From Escherichia phage vB_Eco_F31, in sequence record OP870147.1: a DNA stretch of 64,000 bases; one strand, 5' to 3'. A program made the position numbers and the translations under genes. Under the pieces are notes generated by a model. That model saw only the letters and a program-made list of their open reading frames with translations. It searched no databases and had not been told where the DNA came from. This document shows, piece by piece, positions 51,900-63,900 of this stretch. The first letter of the stretch is position 1. Each line of letters opens with the position of its first letter.

Positions 51900-52802
51900 T
51901 TATAGACCAGCTAACAGGTCATCGAGGTCGCCATCATCAGAGGATGAGGTAGAGCTCATGAAGTCATCTTCAGTTTTTGCAGAACTAAAGGCTTCCATGT
52001 CTTTATCAAAATCGTCAAGGTCAGAAGCAACTTTATCTGCAACAGAAGCTGCTGCGGCTGCTGCACCACCAAGAGCGGCAGTACCAAGAACCTTAGCGAA
52101 AGATTCATTTAATTTTTCAAAGGATTTGAACTGGTCTTTAGCCGTCAAAGTAGTAAGGTCTACCATCTGGTCATATAGTTCTTTCTGGAACGCTTCGTCA
52201 TTAATACGAGGAATTTCAGATTGACCCAAGAATTTAGATTCGTCATAGTTGCTAAAACCAGAAACCTGCTTAGCTTTCAGAACGAAGTTGGCACCTTCAA
52301 ACGGACAAGTAACATCAACTGGAGTTTCACCCATTTCGGTATCAACAGCAATCATTGCATTGATTTTGTCCCAAATCTTTTTACCGAAACGATATTTAAA
52401 TACTTTACCTTCGTTATCTGGAGCTTGAGGGTCTTTAACAACCAGAATATTAGCCCAATAAGAAGTTTTACGTTTCAGTTGAGAATATTCATTTTTGTTG
52501 GTATTGTACAGGTCATTTTTACTAATGTACTGACATACAGGACAAGAGTCGTAATCGCCGTGTGTAGAAGAGCAATTTTCAATATACCATTTACCATTTT
52601 TCTTGAAACCGTGGTTAACAAGAATTGCAAATGGTAGTGCATCATCAGTTTTTGCTGGCAAGAAACGAATTACCGCTTGACCATTACCTGATGCATCTAG
52701 CTTCAGCTTCCATTCGCCTTTATCTTCTGAAGAGAAACCTTTGTTACCGTTCAGTTTAGCCATTTGAGCAGCGAGGTCAGCAGTAGATTTACGTTTAAAC
52801 AT
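51900..52802 (-). CDS. 32: single-stranded DNA-binding protein gp32
   Basis: 300 aa; zinc-binding H..C..C..C region ([11 protein letters not shown]), acidic C-terminus; AT-rich leader. Confidence 0.95.
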   Translation of the reverse strand: MFKRKSTADLAAQMAKLNGNKGFSSEDKGEWKLKLDASGNGQAVIRFLPAKTDDALPFAILVNHGFKKNGKWYIENCSSTHGDYDSCPVCQYISKNDLYNTNKNEYSQLKRKTSYWANILVVKDPQAPDNEGKVFKYRFGKKIWDKINAMIAVDTEMGETPVDVTCPFEGANFVLKAKQVSGFSNYDESKFLGQSEIPRINDEAFQKELYDQMVDLTTLTAKDQFKSFEKLNESFAKVLGTAALGGAAAAAASVADKVASDLDDFDKDMEAFSSAKTEDDFMSSTSSSDDGDLDDLLAGL

Positions 52803-52918
52803 TATATTTACCTTTATTTAGATTATTTAATTTATTTACAGTTGGTTGCTACGACACTTATACCTCGTAGCTGGTATGATTTATTTATAAAGTAATTTTA
52901 ACACACAAGAAATAAAGC

Positions 52919-53572
52919 TTAATACTTACATGATTTGATTGTTTCTATGAACAATTTCTTAGCAGCATTTCCATCGATTTGAAGTATTTTTCGATATGCC
53001 TTTAATTTGGTAGAATAATTTTGCCAGACTAAATTGTCGGTAAGTTCGTCATGCTTATCTATAATATTCAAGAATGAATCTAACAACAAGAAGGTTTCAA
53101 ATGAAATTATATTGCTTTGTAGCAATTTAAATATGTAGCTCGACTGAACTTTATTATTATAATCAAATATCTCTTGAAGCGCACTAACTTCCACTTTCTT
53201 ACTGAAATAGTAGATGTTACGTACGTCTTCAGCAAACGTCTCCTTGGCTTGTTTGAGACGTCCAATATATTCCCTATAGAAAACTAATGCATCAGCGTCT
53301 GATATCTCACCGATCCATGCGTCTTGGTTAGCAACTAAGTTGCTTATGAATATCAAGGTGAGTTCCTTCAATTTATATTTCTCTGCTAGTTTTTCAAAGA
53401 AATATTTATCTCGGCGTTTTTGATACGCATTATCCGAAACACGCATGCACCAGTTATATTTGATTACGTCATACCGACCATTAAAATGTTGTTTGCACAT
53501 CAAGTATAGTTTGTATACCGATTTTCCGTTAATATAACGTTCTCCATCAGGAGGCATGCGTATTTTAATCAT
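52919..53572 (-). CDS. 59: helicase loader gp59
   Basis: 217 aa, same as T4 gp59; position upstream of gene 32. Confidence 0.85.
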   Translation of the reverse strand: MIKIRMPPDGERYINGKSVYKLYLMCKQHFNGRYDVIKYNWCMRVSDNAYQKRRDKYFFEKLAEKYKLKELTLIFISNLVANQDAWIGEISDADALVFYREYIGRLKQAKETFAEDVRNIYYFSKKVEVSALQEIFDYNNKVQSSYIFKLLQSNIISFETFLLLDSFLNIIDKHDELTDNLVWQNYSTKLKAYRKILQIDGNAAKKLFIETIKSCKY

Positions 53573-53907
53573 AATAAGAAATCTAACGTATTAGTTTTTT
53601 CACCACGAGCAACTGATGGGCGAAGCATGTTTTCGTCAATTGCTTCGCTTGTAATTTTTTCAATAATTCCTGTAGGAATAAATTTAGCAAATTGTGTTTC
53701 TGGAATAGAATTTTCTTCCAAGAAAGCAGTTGTTGCTTCTAAATAAGACATACCAAATTGTTCAACCATGGATTCGATAATGAATCCGTTTTCTTGTCGG
53801 TCAAGCAATTTAGCGATATCATCTTTATCGTGTTTTACTGCTAATTCTTGTTCAGATAAACCGGCCTCATCAACCGGTTTAATATCACTTAGTGAAAACT
53901 GTGTCAT
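53569..53907 (-). CDS. 33: late transcription co-activator gp33
   Basis: 112 aa, same as T4 gp33; position between dsbA and 59. Confidence 0.8.
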   Translation of the reverse strand: MTQFSLSDIKPVDEAGLSEQELAVKHDKDDIAKLLDRQENGFIIESMVEQFGMSYLEATTAFLEENSIPETQFAKFIPTGIIEKITSEAIDENMLRPSVARGEKTNTLDFLL

Positions 53908-54154
53908 AAAGCTCGACTACCTCTTCGTTTTCAGCTTCAAATTGGTCACGAGCGTCTTTATGATAAAGAGCTAACAAACGATTAAACATTTTTCCATCGA
54001 CACCAAGCTCTTCTTTAGCACGAGTACGAATGTCTTTAATCAGTTCATTATAACCAGAAATTTTAAGTTTGTTATCGGAAGCTTCCTTGACTAGTTTAGC
54101 CAGTTCTTCACCATGCACATCTTGATTAAATTCAACTGCTTCTTTCTTAGCCAT
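53885..54154 (-). CDS. dsbA: dsDNA-binding protein DsbA
   Basis: 89 aa from ATG at 54154 (MAKKEAVEF...), AGG upstream; track's longer start at 54172 lacks an RBS. Confidence 0.7.
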   Translation of the reverse strand: MAKKEAVEFNQDVHGEELAKLVKEASDNKLKISGYNELIKDIRTRAKEELGVDGKMFNRLLALYHKDARDQFEAENEEVVELYDTVFTK

Positions 54155-54161
54155 GTTTACC

Positions 54162-55079
54162 TCAGAATTCATTAATTACACTTGTTAATTTAGAAAGACC
54201 AGATTTTACAAAGTATGAATAAATCTTGCCTTTAGGTTGTGGTTTATATGAGTTATAATACTCTATAATGGTTGAAGCAATATTATCAGGGATATAATCA
54301 AAATCAATGAGAACCAAATTTTCTTGATACCGTTTATATTCTTCTGCACTTAATAATACTTCAGCTTGAGAACGATCGTTGGCAATTGCTTCAATAATCG
54401 TTGTTTTCATGCTCGGAGTTCGTTCACCATCAACTCTGGTAAACCAGAAGTCACCACGAACTCGAACCGATGCAACGCCGTCTTTACGGTCACCTTTAAG
54501 AATTTTAGTCATGCAATCAATTTCAGCAGAACCGTTCTTAATTTTAACCCATTTTTTCTGTGGTGGCGACCACTGTTTAACGTTAGGATATTTGTGTAAT
54601 TGTGTAAAGTCACCATCTGATGCAACAATACATACTTTATGTCCGGCTAATGACAAATATTTAGTTAATACACCGATATGGTCATCCGCTTCATACTTGT
54701 CAATATCCATTACAACGTATGGCATGTATTTCTTAATCTCATCAACAACTTGATGGAGTGCAGTAAAATATCCTTCCCAATCCCACTTTGAAGCTTCACG
54801 ATCGGTTTTACGATTTTTCTTGTAATAGTAAGCAAAGTCACGACGCCAATAACCCGAAGTAGCATTATCCATACACAATACAAATTTTGTATAGCCTTGC
54901 TTACGGAACATCACTACGTTTTTACGAATTGAATTCAAGATTACATGGCGAACCATCGGAACGGTAATTTTATCGCCGTCTTCAAAGTTGTTTAATGCGG
55001 CTGCCAATGCAATGTTACTAAAGTCAGCAAGTGCAATACCTTCTTTGTAATCTTCATCCAACATCATTTCTAAATCCAT
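54162..55079 (-). CDS. rnh: RNase H (5'-3' exonuclease / flap endonuclease)
   Basis: 305 aa, same as T4 RNase H; early-promoter motif upstream. Confidence 0.85.
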   Translation of the reverse strand: MDLEMMLDEDYKEGIALADFSNIALAAALNNFEDGDKITVPMVRHVILNSIRKNVVMFRKQGYTKFVLCMDNATSGYWRRDFAYYYKKNRKTDREASKWDWEGYFTALHQVVDEIKKYMPYVVMDIDKYEADDHIGVLTKYLSLAGHKVCIVASDGDFTQLHKYPNVKQWSPPQKKWVKIKNGSAEIDCMTKILKGDRKDGVASVRVRGDFWFTRVDGERTPSMKTTIIEAIANDRSQAEVLLSAEEYKRYQENLVLIDFDYIPDNIASTIIEYYNSYKPQPKGKIYSYFVKSGLSKLTSVINEF

Positions 55080-55111
55080 ATGAACCTCTTGTTCAGTTAG
55101 TCAACTTGTCT

Positions 55112-55141
55112 ATAGTAACACACTCATTTGAAAGCGTAAAC
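55112..55141 (-). promoter_or_regulatory. early-promoter-like motif GTTTAC-N18-TACTAT upstream of rnh
   Basis: Minus strand GTTTAC ... TGTTACTATAGAC; back to back with plus-strand late promoter of gene 34. Confidence 0.45.
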
Positions 55142-55144
55142 TGG

Positions 55145-55152
55145 TATAAATA
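55145..55152 (+). promoter_or_regulatory. T4-type late promoter (TATAAATA) for gene 34
   Basis: Exact TATAAATA 31 nt upstream of gene 34 ATG. Confidence 0.5.
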
Positions 55153-55182
55153 AGTATTATTGAAACAATAAAGGAAAAACGA

Positions 55183-58100
55183 ATGGCCGACATCAAACGT
55201 AAGTTCAGAGCCGAAGACGGTCTGGACGCCGGTGGCGACAAGATTGTTAACGTAGCATTAGCCGACCGTACAGTAGGTACTGATGGCGTAAACGTTGACT
55301 TCCTGGTACAAGAAAACACCGTTCAAGTATATGATTCTACGCGTGGATATAACAAAGGATTTGTTGTTCTTTATGACAACCGTTTATATCAAGCAATAAA
55401 TGATATCGTGTCTCCTTCCGGGGCATTTAACCTTTTACAATGGCGTGCAGTTCGTACTGATGCACAATGGATAACTGTCGCTTCTGGGACTTATCAACTT
55501 TCTTCAGGTGAATCTATTTCGGTTAACACTGGTGCCGGCAATGATATGGTTTTCACGTTGCCAAATACGCCGGTTGATGGTGATACTGTTGTTTTGGCTG
55601 ATATTGGTGGAAGAACCGGGACAGTTAAAGTACAGATTAACGCGTCTGTGCAGAGTATTTTAAACTTTAGAGGTGAACAAGTTCGTACAGTTTTAATGAC
55701 GCGCCCACGTTCACAACTATTGTTTGTGTTTAGTAATCGTTTGTGGCAGATGTATATTACCGATTATGGTAAAGAATCAATCACTGTTACACCTGCGTCA
55801 CCATATCAAGCACAAGCAAATGATTTTATCGTTCGTCGTTTTACTAGTGCAGCACCAATCAACATTACACTTCCACGTAATGCTAACAACGGTGATATAA
55901 TCCACCTAGTTGATTTAGATAAATTAAACCCACTGTATCATACAATTGTTAAAACATTTGATGATACAACGTCTATTGGTGAAGTCGGGACTCATATTGC
56001 CGAAGGCAGAAATGACTCTGACGCGTTTTTTGTTTTTGATGCTGCAAGTAGTTTATGGCGTATATGGGAAGGCGACCAGAAATCGCGTCTTCGTATTATC
56101 CGTGCGGATTCAAATATTCGTCCAAATGAAGAAGTTCTTATTTTTGGCACAAATAACGCTACAGCCGGAACTATTAATCTTACGCTGCCCACCGGAATTT
56201 TGAGTGGTGACACTGTTAAAATTTCAATGAACTACATGCGTAAAGGCCAAACAGTAAAAATTAAAGCTGCCGAAGGTGATACAATTGCTTCTTCTGTTGC
56301 ATTGCTTCAGTTCCCTAAACGTTCTGAATATCCACCTGATGCTCAATGGGTCTCTGTTACTGAACTAGAATTCAATGGCACTACTTCATATGTTCCTGTA
56401 TTAGAATTAGCGTATATCGAAGACACTGATTCTGACACTCACTATTGGGTTGTGCAACAGAATGTCCCTACAGTAGAACGTGTTGATGCCGGAACTGATG
56501 CTACACGAGCTCGTTTAGGTGTTATTGCTCTTGCTACTCAAGCGCAAGCAAATGCTGATTTAGAGAATACTCCAGCTAAAGAAGTGGCTATTACTCCTGA
56601 AACGTTGGCAAATCGTACAGCAACTGAAGCTCGACGTGGTATCGCTAAAATTGCTACAACAGCACAAGTTAACCAGAATTCCACTGCAGCATTTGTGGAT
56701 GATACTATTGTTACGCCTAAAAAATTAAATGAGCGTACAGCAACTGAAACTCGTCGTGGTCTTGCTGAAATTGCTACTCAGGCTGAAACTGATGCCGGTC
56801 TTGATGACACAACGATTATTACACCTAAGAAATTGCAGGCACGTCAGGGTTCTGAAACACTATCTGGTATAGTTAAATATGTATCAACTACTTCTGCTAC
56901 ACCTGCCGCGACTCGTGGAGCTGCAGGTACTAACGTTTATAATAAAACCGTAAATAATTTAACTATTTCTCCTAAAGCCCTTGACCAATATAAAGCAACT
57001 TATTCTCAACAAGGTGCAGTAATTTTAGCTGTTGATAGTGAAGTAATTGCCGGCCAATCTCAAGCAGGTTATTCTCACGCTGTAGTAACTCCTGAAACAC
57101 TACATAAGAAAACTTCCACAGATGGACGTATCGGTTTAATTGAAATTGCTACACAAGCAGAAACTAATGCTGGGACTGATTATACACGTGCAGTAACGCC
57201 TAAGACGTTAAATGATAGGAAAGCTACGGAAGGATTATCCGGCATAGCCGAACTTGCTACGCAAGTTGAATTTGATACTGGAACTGATGATACTCGTATC
57301 TCAACTCCACTGAAAATTAAAACTCATTTTGATTCTTCTGACCGTACCAGTGTTAATTCTGATTCCGGACTTATTGAAGAAGGAACCTTGTGGAACCATT
57401 ATACTCTTGATATTTCTAAAGCAAATGAAACACAACGTGGTACACTTCGAGTAGCGACTCAGACAGAATCTAATGCAGGAACTTTAGATGATGTTCTTAT
57501 TACTCCTAAAAAGCTTTTAGGGACTAAGTCAACTGAAACGTCTGAAGGCGTAATTAAGGTTGCTACTCGGGCCGAAACTGTAACAGGAACTTCTGCTAAT
57601 ACTGCTGTATCGCCTAAGAATTTAAAATGGATTGTCCAGAATGAACCAACATGGGCTGCTACTACGGCAATTCGTGGATTCGTTAAAACTTCATCTGGTT
57701 CAATTACATTCGTTGGTGACGATACTCAAGGTAGTACCCAGGATCTGAATCTTTACGAGAAAAATAGTTATGCTATTTCTCCATATGAATTAAACCGTGT
57801 ACTTGCTAACTATTTGCCATTAAAAGCAAAAGCTGCTGACGCAAATTTATTAGATGGCATAGATTCATCTCAGTTCATTCGTAGGGATATTGCACAGACG
57901 GTTAATGGTTCACTAACCTTAACGAAACAAACTAATCTGAGTGCCCCTCTTGTATCATCTAGTACTGCTACATTTGGTGGTTCAGTTTCGGCAAATAGTA
58001 CATTAACTATTTCTAATACTGGAACGGCAACTCGTCTGATTTTTGAGAAAGGACCTCAAACTGGAACTAACCCAGCGCAGACGATGTCTATCAGAGTTTG

Positions 58101-59058
58101 GGGAAATGAATTTGGTGGTGGTTCAGATACAACACGTTCTACTGTATTTGAAGTTGGTGATGAAACGTCTAATCATTTTTATTCTCAACGTAATAAAGAT
58201 GGGAATATAGCGTTTAGCATTAATGGTACTGTGATGCCAATAAACATTAATGCTTCCGGTTTGATGAATGTTAATGGCGTTGCAACATTTGGTCGTTCAG
58301 TTACTGCTAATGGCGAATTCATTAGTAAGTCTGCAAATGCTTTCAGAGCAATTAGTGGTGATTACGGATTCTTTATTCGTAATGACGCTGCTAATACCTA
58401 TTTTATGCTCACTGCATCAGGCGATCAGACCGGCGGATTTAACGGATTACGTCCTTTAGCTATTAATAATGCATCCGGCCAAGTAACGATTGGTGAAGGC
58501 TTAATCATTGCCAAAGGTGCTACTATAAATTCAGGTGGTTTGACTGTTAACTCGAGAATTCGTTCTCAGGGTAATAAAACATCTGATTTATATACCCTTG
58601 CGCCAACATCTGATACTGTAGGATTCTGGTCAATTGATATTAACGATTCAGCCACTTATAACCAGTTCCCAGGTTATTTTAAAATGGTTGAAAAAACTAA
58701 TGAAGTGACTGGGCTTCCATACTTAGAACGTGGCGAAGAAGTTAAATCTCCTGGTACATTGACTCAGTTTGGTAATACACTTGATTCACTTTACCAAGAT
58801 TGGATTACTTATCCAACAACTCCAGAAGCACGTACAACCCGTTGGACACGTACATGGCAGAAAACTAAAAATTCTTGGTCAAGTTTTGTTCAGGTATTTG
58901 ATGGTGGAAACCCTCCTCAACCTTCTGATATTGGTGCTTTACCTTCTGATAATGCAACAATCGGAAACTTGACAATAAGGGATTTCTTAAGGATTGGTAA
59001 TGTCCGCATTATTCCAGACCCTGTGAATAAATCTGTTAAATTCGAGTGGATTGAATAA
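55183..59058 (+). CDS. 34: long tail fibre proximal subunit gp34
   Basis: 1291 aa (T4 gp34 about 1289 aa); repeated T(E/D)xxxG(I/L)AxIATxA motifs; late promoter upstream. Confidence 0.9.
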   Translation: MADIKRKFRAEDGLDAGGDKIVNVALADRTVGTDGVNVDFLVQENTVQVYDSTRGYNKGFVVLYDNRLYQAINDIVSPSGAFNLLQWRAVRTDAQWITVASGTYQLSSGESISVNTGAGNDMVFTLPNTPVDGDTVVLADIGGRTGTVKVQINASVQSILNFRGEQVRTVLMTRPRSQLLFVFSNRLWQMYITDYGKESITVTPASPYQAQANDFIVRRFTSAAPINITLPRNANNGDIIHLVDLDKLNPLYHTIVKTFDDTTSIGEVGTHIAEGRNDSDAFFVFDAASSLWRIWEGDQKSRLRIIRADSNIRPNEEVLIFGTNNATAGTINLTLPTGILSGDTVKISMNYMRKGQTVKIKAAEGDTIASSVALLQFPKRSEYPPDAQWVSVTELEFNGTTSYVPVLELAYIEDTDSDTHYWVVQQNVPTVERVDAGTDATRARLGVIALATQAQANADLENTPAKEVAITPETLANRTATEARRGIAKIATTAQVNQNSTAAFVDDTIVTPKKLNERTATETRRGLAEIATQAETDAGLDDTTIITPKKLQARQGSETLSGIVKYVSTTSATPAATRGAAGTNVYNKTVNNLTISPKALDQYKATYSQQGAVILAVDSEVIAGQSQAGYSHAVVTPETLHKKTSTDGRIGLIEIATQAETNAGTDYTRAVTPKTLNDRKATEGLSGIAELATQVEFDTGTDDTRISTPLKIKTHFDSSDRTSVNSDSGLIEEGTLWNHYTLDISKANETQRGTLRVATQTESNAGTLDDVLITPKKLLGTKSTETSEGVIKVATRAETVTGTSANTAVSPKNLKWIVQNEPTWAATTAIRGFVKTSSGSITFVGDDTQGSTQDLNLYEKNSYAISPYELNRVLANYLPLKAKAADANLLDGIDSSQFIRRDIAQTVNGSLTLTKQTNLSAPLVSSSTATFGGSVSANSTLTISNTGTATRLIFEKGPQTGTNPAQTMSIRVWGNEFGGGSDTTRSTVFEVGDETSNHFYSQRNKDGNIAFSINGTVMPININASGLMNVNGVATFGRSVTANGEFISKSANAFRAISGDYGFFIRNDAANTYFMLTASGDQTGGFNGLRPLAINNASGQVTIGEGLIIAKGATINSGGLTVNSRIRSQGNKTSDLYTLAPTSDTVGFWSIDINDSATYNQFPGYFKMVEKTNEVTGLPYLERGEEVKSPGTLTQFGNTLDSLYQDWITYPTTPEARTTRWTRTWQKTKNSWSSFVQVFDGGNPPQPSDIGALPSDNATIGNLTIRDFLRIGNVRIIPDPVNKSVKFEWIE

Positions 59059-59066
59059 GAGGTATT

Positions 59067-60194
59067 ATGGAAAAATTTATGGCTAAGTTTAGACAAGGAT
59101 ACGTCCAAACGCCATTTTTATCGGAAAGCAATTCAGTACGATTTAAATTAAGCATAGCGGGCTCTTGTCCGCTATCAACATCTCCTACTTATATTAAGTT
59201 CCAAGATAATCCACTTGGTTCCCAGGTTTTTTCTGTTGGATTAAACGTTCGTGTAATAAATCCTACAACAGGTGCAGTAGTTGAATCTAAGTCATATAAT
59301 TTCTCTACTGAAAACGACGCCACGTCAAGTGCATTTGTTACTTTCATGGACACATATGCTTCAAATTTTATATTTGCTCTTGTTACTAACGCTAAAACAA
59401 ACTTTCCACCTGAAGTTCTTGCATGGTTTACTAAAGCTGGGAGTTCTGCTATTCCATTAGCTCAACAAGTTTTAAATATAGTGGACATTTCTTATTCGGC
59501 ATTTTATATTTCTGGTAAGAATGCTATAGCACTAGAACATATTAAGTATAGTAATAAGAAAACTTCAACCGACTATAGTACACCACTTGATGTTGTGTAC
59601 GACACGATCGATGATATTGGCGCTACTGGCTTCCCTAGACGTACGTATGAATCGTCAGACACATTTTTATCTGCTGTTGGAGGTACTAATAATGAAATTA
59701 AAAGGATGCCTACAACATCCATTATTACACCTCTCGCTGGGTATAAATTGAAGCCTGGAGATTTCCTTTATATGAAATTCCAACTAATGGCTGATGTCGA
59801 TTTGTTAGCACAAGGGACGACACGACTTTCTATTCGTTTCTTTAAATCTCCTTCTACTTCACCTATTTCATTTAAGGATATAAACTTTGATGGGGGCGCA
59901 GGTGAATGGAAGATATATGAAGACTACATAGAAATTCCTGCTGGTGCTGACGGGTTCACGATTTATTGTTATCGTACAGCTCCAGTCGGGCAAGGTGGAT
60001 TAAGAAACGTTATATTCACTGAAGTATCATGTAATGGAAGCGTTTCAAAACCTGCCGAGTTTGGTATAAATGGTATTCGTGTAAATTATGTTTCAGAATC
60101 TTTAAGTGCCCCAGACATAATGACATTACCTACTCAATCTTCAACCGATACTGGTAAGGTATTTGGTCAAGAATTTAAAGAAGCGTCAGAATAA
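59067..60194 (+). CDS. 35: long tail fibre hinge protein gp35
   Basis: 375 aa; synteny 34-35-36-37. Confidence 0.85.
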   Translation: MEKFMAKFRQGYVQTPFLSESNSVRFKLSIAGSCPLSTSPTYIKFQDNPLGSQVFSVGLNVRVINPTTGAVVESKSYNFSTENDATSSAFVTFMDTYASNFIFALVTNAKTNFPPEVLAWFTKAGSSAIPLAQQVLNIVDISYSAFYISGKNAIALEHIKYSNKKTSTDYSTPLDVVYDTIDDIGATGFPRRTYESSDTFLSAVGGTNNEIKRMPTTSIITPLAGYKLKPGDFLYMKFQLMADVDLLAQGTTRLSIRFFKSPSTSPISFKDINFDGGAGEWKIYEDYIEIPAGADGFTIYCYRTAPVGQGGLRNVIFTEVSCNGSVSKPAEFGINGIRVNYVSESLSAPDIMTLPTQSSTDTGKVFGQEFKEASE

Positions 60195-60199
60195 ATTTA

Positions 60200-60222
60200 G
60201 GGAGACTTCGGTCTCCCATTTT
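60200..60222 (+). terminator. rho-independent terminator GGGAGAC-UUCG-GUCUCCC + U-tract after gene 35
   Basis: Identical 18-nt hairpin followed by ATTTTT, then late promoter of gene 36. Confidence 0.6.
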
Positions 60223-60224
60223 TG

Positions 60225-60232
60225 TATAAATA
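60225..60232 (+). promoter_or_regulatory. T4-type late promoter (TATAAATA) for gene 36
   Basis: Exact TATAAATA 25 nt upstream of gene 36 ATG, right after terminator hairpin. Confidence 0.5.
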
Positions 60233-60256
60233 TGGTATACATATAAGGAGACAACT

Positions 60257-60922
60257 ATGGCCGATTTAAAAGCTGGTAGTACAACTGGCGGCGCTGTTAT
60301 ATGGCATCAAGGTAATTTCCCTTTAATGCCAGCAGGTGATGACGTCCTGTATAAAACGTTTAAACTCTATTCAGAATATAATAAACCACAAGCTGCTGAT
60401 AATGATTTCGTTTCTAAAGCTAATGGTGGTACTTACGCTTCAAAGGTAACATTTAACAGTGGCGTGCAAATACCATATGCTATAAACAATACAAACCAAA
60501 GCGGTATTTTTCCTGGTAACGGTGATGCAGCTACTTTTGTTACAGCAAATATTGATATTGTTTCATGGTACGGTATTGGTTTTAAATCATCACAAGGAAC
60601 AGCTGGTAGAACTGTAGTAATCAATACACGTAATGGTGATATTAATACAAAAGGCGTTGTATCTGCTTCAGGACAAGTAAGAAGCGATATGACTGCTCCG
60701 GTTGCAGCAAATGATCTCACAAGAAAAGATTATGTTGATGGAAGAATAAATATTGTTACGGATAACGCAAATTCCCGTGTATTGCGTAAAGGCGATACCA
60801 TGACTGGTACTTTAACAGCACCAAACTTTTTCTCACAGAATCCGGCGTCTGAGGCTAATCATGTTCCTCGTTTCGACCAGATTGTAATTAAAGATTCTGT
60901 TCAAGATTTCGGCTATTATTAA
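60257..60922 (+). CDS. 36: long tail fibre distal connector gp36
   Basis: 221 aa, same as T4 gp36; late promoter upstream. Confidence 0.85.
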   Translation: MADLKAGSTTGGAVIWHQGNFPLMPAGDDVLYKTFKLYSEYNKPQAADNDFVSKANGGTYASKVTFNSGVQIPYAINNTNQSGIFPGNGDAATFVTANIDIVSWYGIGFKSSQGTAGRTVVINTRNGDINTKGVVSASGQVRSDMTAPVAANDLTRKDYVDGRINIVTDNANSRVLRKGDTMTGTLTAPNFFSQNPASEANHVPRFDQIVIKDSVQDFGYY

Positions 60923-60930
60923 GAGGACTT

Positions 60931-63900
60931 ATGGCTACATTAAAACAGATACAATTTAAAAGAAGCAAAGTAGCAGGAGTTAATCCTACTGCAGCACAAT
61001 TAGCCGAAGGCGAATTAGCGATAAACTTAAAAGATCGAACTCTTTTTACTAAAGATGACCTCGGTAATATTATTAGCCTAGGCTTTGCTAAGGGTGGGGA
61101 TATTAACGGTAATGTAACTCAAACTGGTGATTATTTACAAAACGGCACATATAATCTCAATGGAAATCAGTTTGTTTATGCAGGAAAATACATTGAATTT
61201 TTACCTAAAACCACTGGAAATGGCGCTTGGGCTAACCAACATTCGAATAAAGCCCCTATCTTTACAGATTTAAGTTCAACTACTTCTGTTTCAGAATACC
61301 ATCCACTGATTAAACAACGCTATAAAGATGGAACTTTTTCTGCTGGTACATTAGTAAACGAAGGTAGTTTTAAATTCCATTATATTGATGAAACCGGGAC
61401 TTCAAAATACTGGACTTTTAATCGAAACGGTAATTTTCAAGTTGATTCCGGAAGTTTATTAGTATCTAATGGATATTTAGTTACTCAAAGTAATATTGAA
61501 ACTAAAGCTGGTTCTTTAATTGGTCCTAAAGTTATTACCAAAAATATCAATGTGAGCACTAAATCTTGGGACACTAATATTGATACTGCATATGATTTAG
61601 TTTCATTACCGACTTGGCACTATACTCCAACCGAAACAGATTTGGATACTAATGGTATAAACTACCTTCGTAAATTCCGCGGACACGTTTCTTCTGCTAT
61701 TTTCCATGAAGTTGCTGATGCTCGTTCAGGTAAACCACAGAATATTTCGTATTGGACGGGACGTAATGCTGAAGTTTATCAATGGTCTTATACCACAGAT
61801 GGGCGTATGTCTGTTGCTAATTCGATAGGTATAGGTCTTGCTGATGTTGGTGACCAAGGACGTTATCCATTGGTTTCGTTTGGTAAAGGTATTGCAATTG
61901 GTGACAATGATACTGGTATTAAATGGGTTCGTGACGGGGTTATCGATTTAGTTGCGAATGGTATTTCTGCCGGCACTATTCTTAATAACGGTATTAACAG
62001 TACTAAAAAATTGATGGTTGGTTATAGTCGAGATTCTGGTTCTACTTGGGATTACCCAAATAACAACCAAGCAATGTTTACTGCGCGTACCGATGTTGAT
62101 GGTAATAATAACGGTGACGGTCAGACTCATATTGGTTATAGCAGCAATGCCAAGATGTATCACTATTTCCGTGGTACAGGTCGGATGTCCGTTAGTATGG
62201 GCGATGGACTTCTTGTTGAGCCTGGCATTTTAGATATTAAGACTGGTTCAAATTCGTTAAATTTGCGTGCTGATGGTACCATCGCTTCTGTTCAAACGTT
62301 AAAACTTAATAATGGATTATATTTTAATGGCGATGGAACTAATGCTTCTCTAGTTTTTAAAGCAGCTTCAGGTATTGATGGCACTAAGCAAATCATGTGG
62401 GAAGGCGGTACTCGAGCAGGTCAGAATAAGAGTTATGTAACGGCTAAAGCATGGGGTAATTCATTTAATGCCACTGGTGATAAATCTCGTGAAACTGTAT
62501 TTGAAGTTAGTGACGGGCATGGATACCATTTTTATTCTCAACGTGTAGCTCCTGCGCCTGGTTCTACCGTTGGACCTATTCAATTTCGAGTTAATGGTGG
62601 TTTATTAACTTCAGGTAGTATTGTTACTTCTGGTTCTATTACAACTGAATCTTCTTTAAGTGTTAATAATGGCATGTCAGTAAATGGACAAGCTAAATTC
62701 GGTGGAACAGCCGACGCATTAAGAATTTGGAACGCTGAATACGGCGCTATTTTCCGACGTTCAGAAACAAGTCTGTACATTATTCCGACTCCTAAAGATG
62801 CCGGTGAAAGTGGTGGAATAAGTAATCTTCGCCCGTTTTATATCAATTTAGGCGATGGCCAAGTTTCTATGGACCATGTAGTAGATATCGGCGGTGGTAG
62901 ATTTAAAGTAGATACAACCGGTACTACGGCTGGTCAACGCATAACAGTAAATATGGCATCAGATGCTATTAGAATAAATGCTCCAACACAAAAGTCTTCT
63001 AACTTCATTCAAGGACGTAAAGCAGATGTTCCGAAATGGTATTTAGGTATTGGCGATGGTGGCAACGTCGTTCGTATGCACAGCTACACATATTCACATG
63101 GTATTGCATTAAACTCTGATTCTGTCGATATTACTAAACCATTAAAAGTTGGAAATGCTCAATTCGGTACTGATGGTAACATCACTGGAGGCACTGGTAA
63201 CTTTGCTAACTTGAATACCACAATAAATAACCTTAAGACGGATATTGTCTCGAGTTACCCAATTGGTGCTCCGATTCCTTGGCCTACTGATACACCTCCT
63301 GAAGGTTATGCCATAATGGAAGGTCAAACATTTGATGCTGGCTTGTATCCTAAGTTAGCTGCGGTGTATCCTTCCGGCTCTCTGCCTGATATGCGTGGTC
63401 AAACTATCAAGGGTAAACCATCTGGGCGTGCTGTATTGAGTACAGAAGCAGACGGTGTTAAGTCACATAGCCATAGTGCAAGTGCATCAAGCACAGATTT
63501 GGGTACTAAGACCACGTCAAGTTTTGATTATGGTACTAAGACGACAAGTAGCTTCGACTATGGTACTAAGACCAGCAATACCACTGGTAATCATAACCAT
63601 ACAGTGAGTGGTAATACTGGTTCCGCTGGTGCGCACCAACACGCGCGTTCAGGCCCTCAGATACAAGGCGGCGTACCACAAGGCGGCGTACCCACTAGCA
63701 TATTCTATGATGGATACAATAGTGCGGGACCAAACGGCAACGCTAAAATCACTGGATCCGTGAGCGGTGCTCCTGCATCGTCGAATATGGCCAAAACTTC
63801 TTCAGACGGTGCCCACACCCATAGTTGGTCAGGAACTACTAGCGCTACGGGTAACCATGCTCATACTGTGGGTATCGGTGCCCATACACATACTGTAGGT

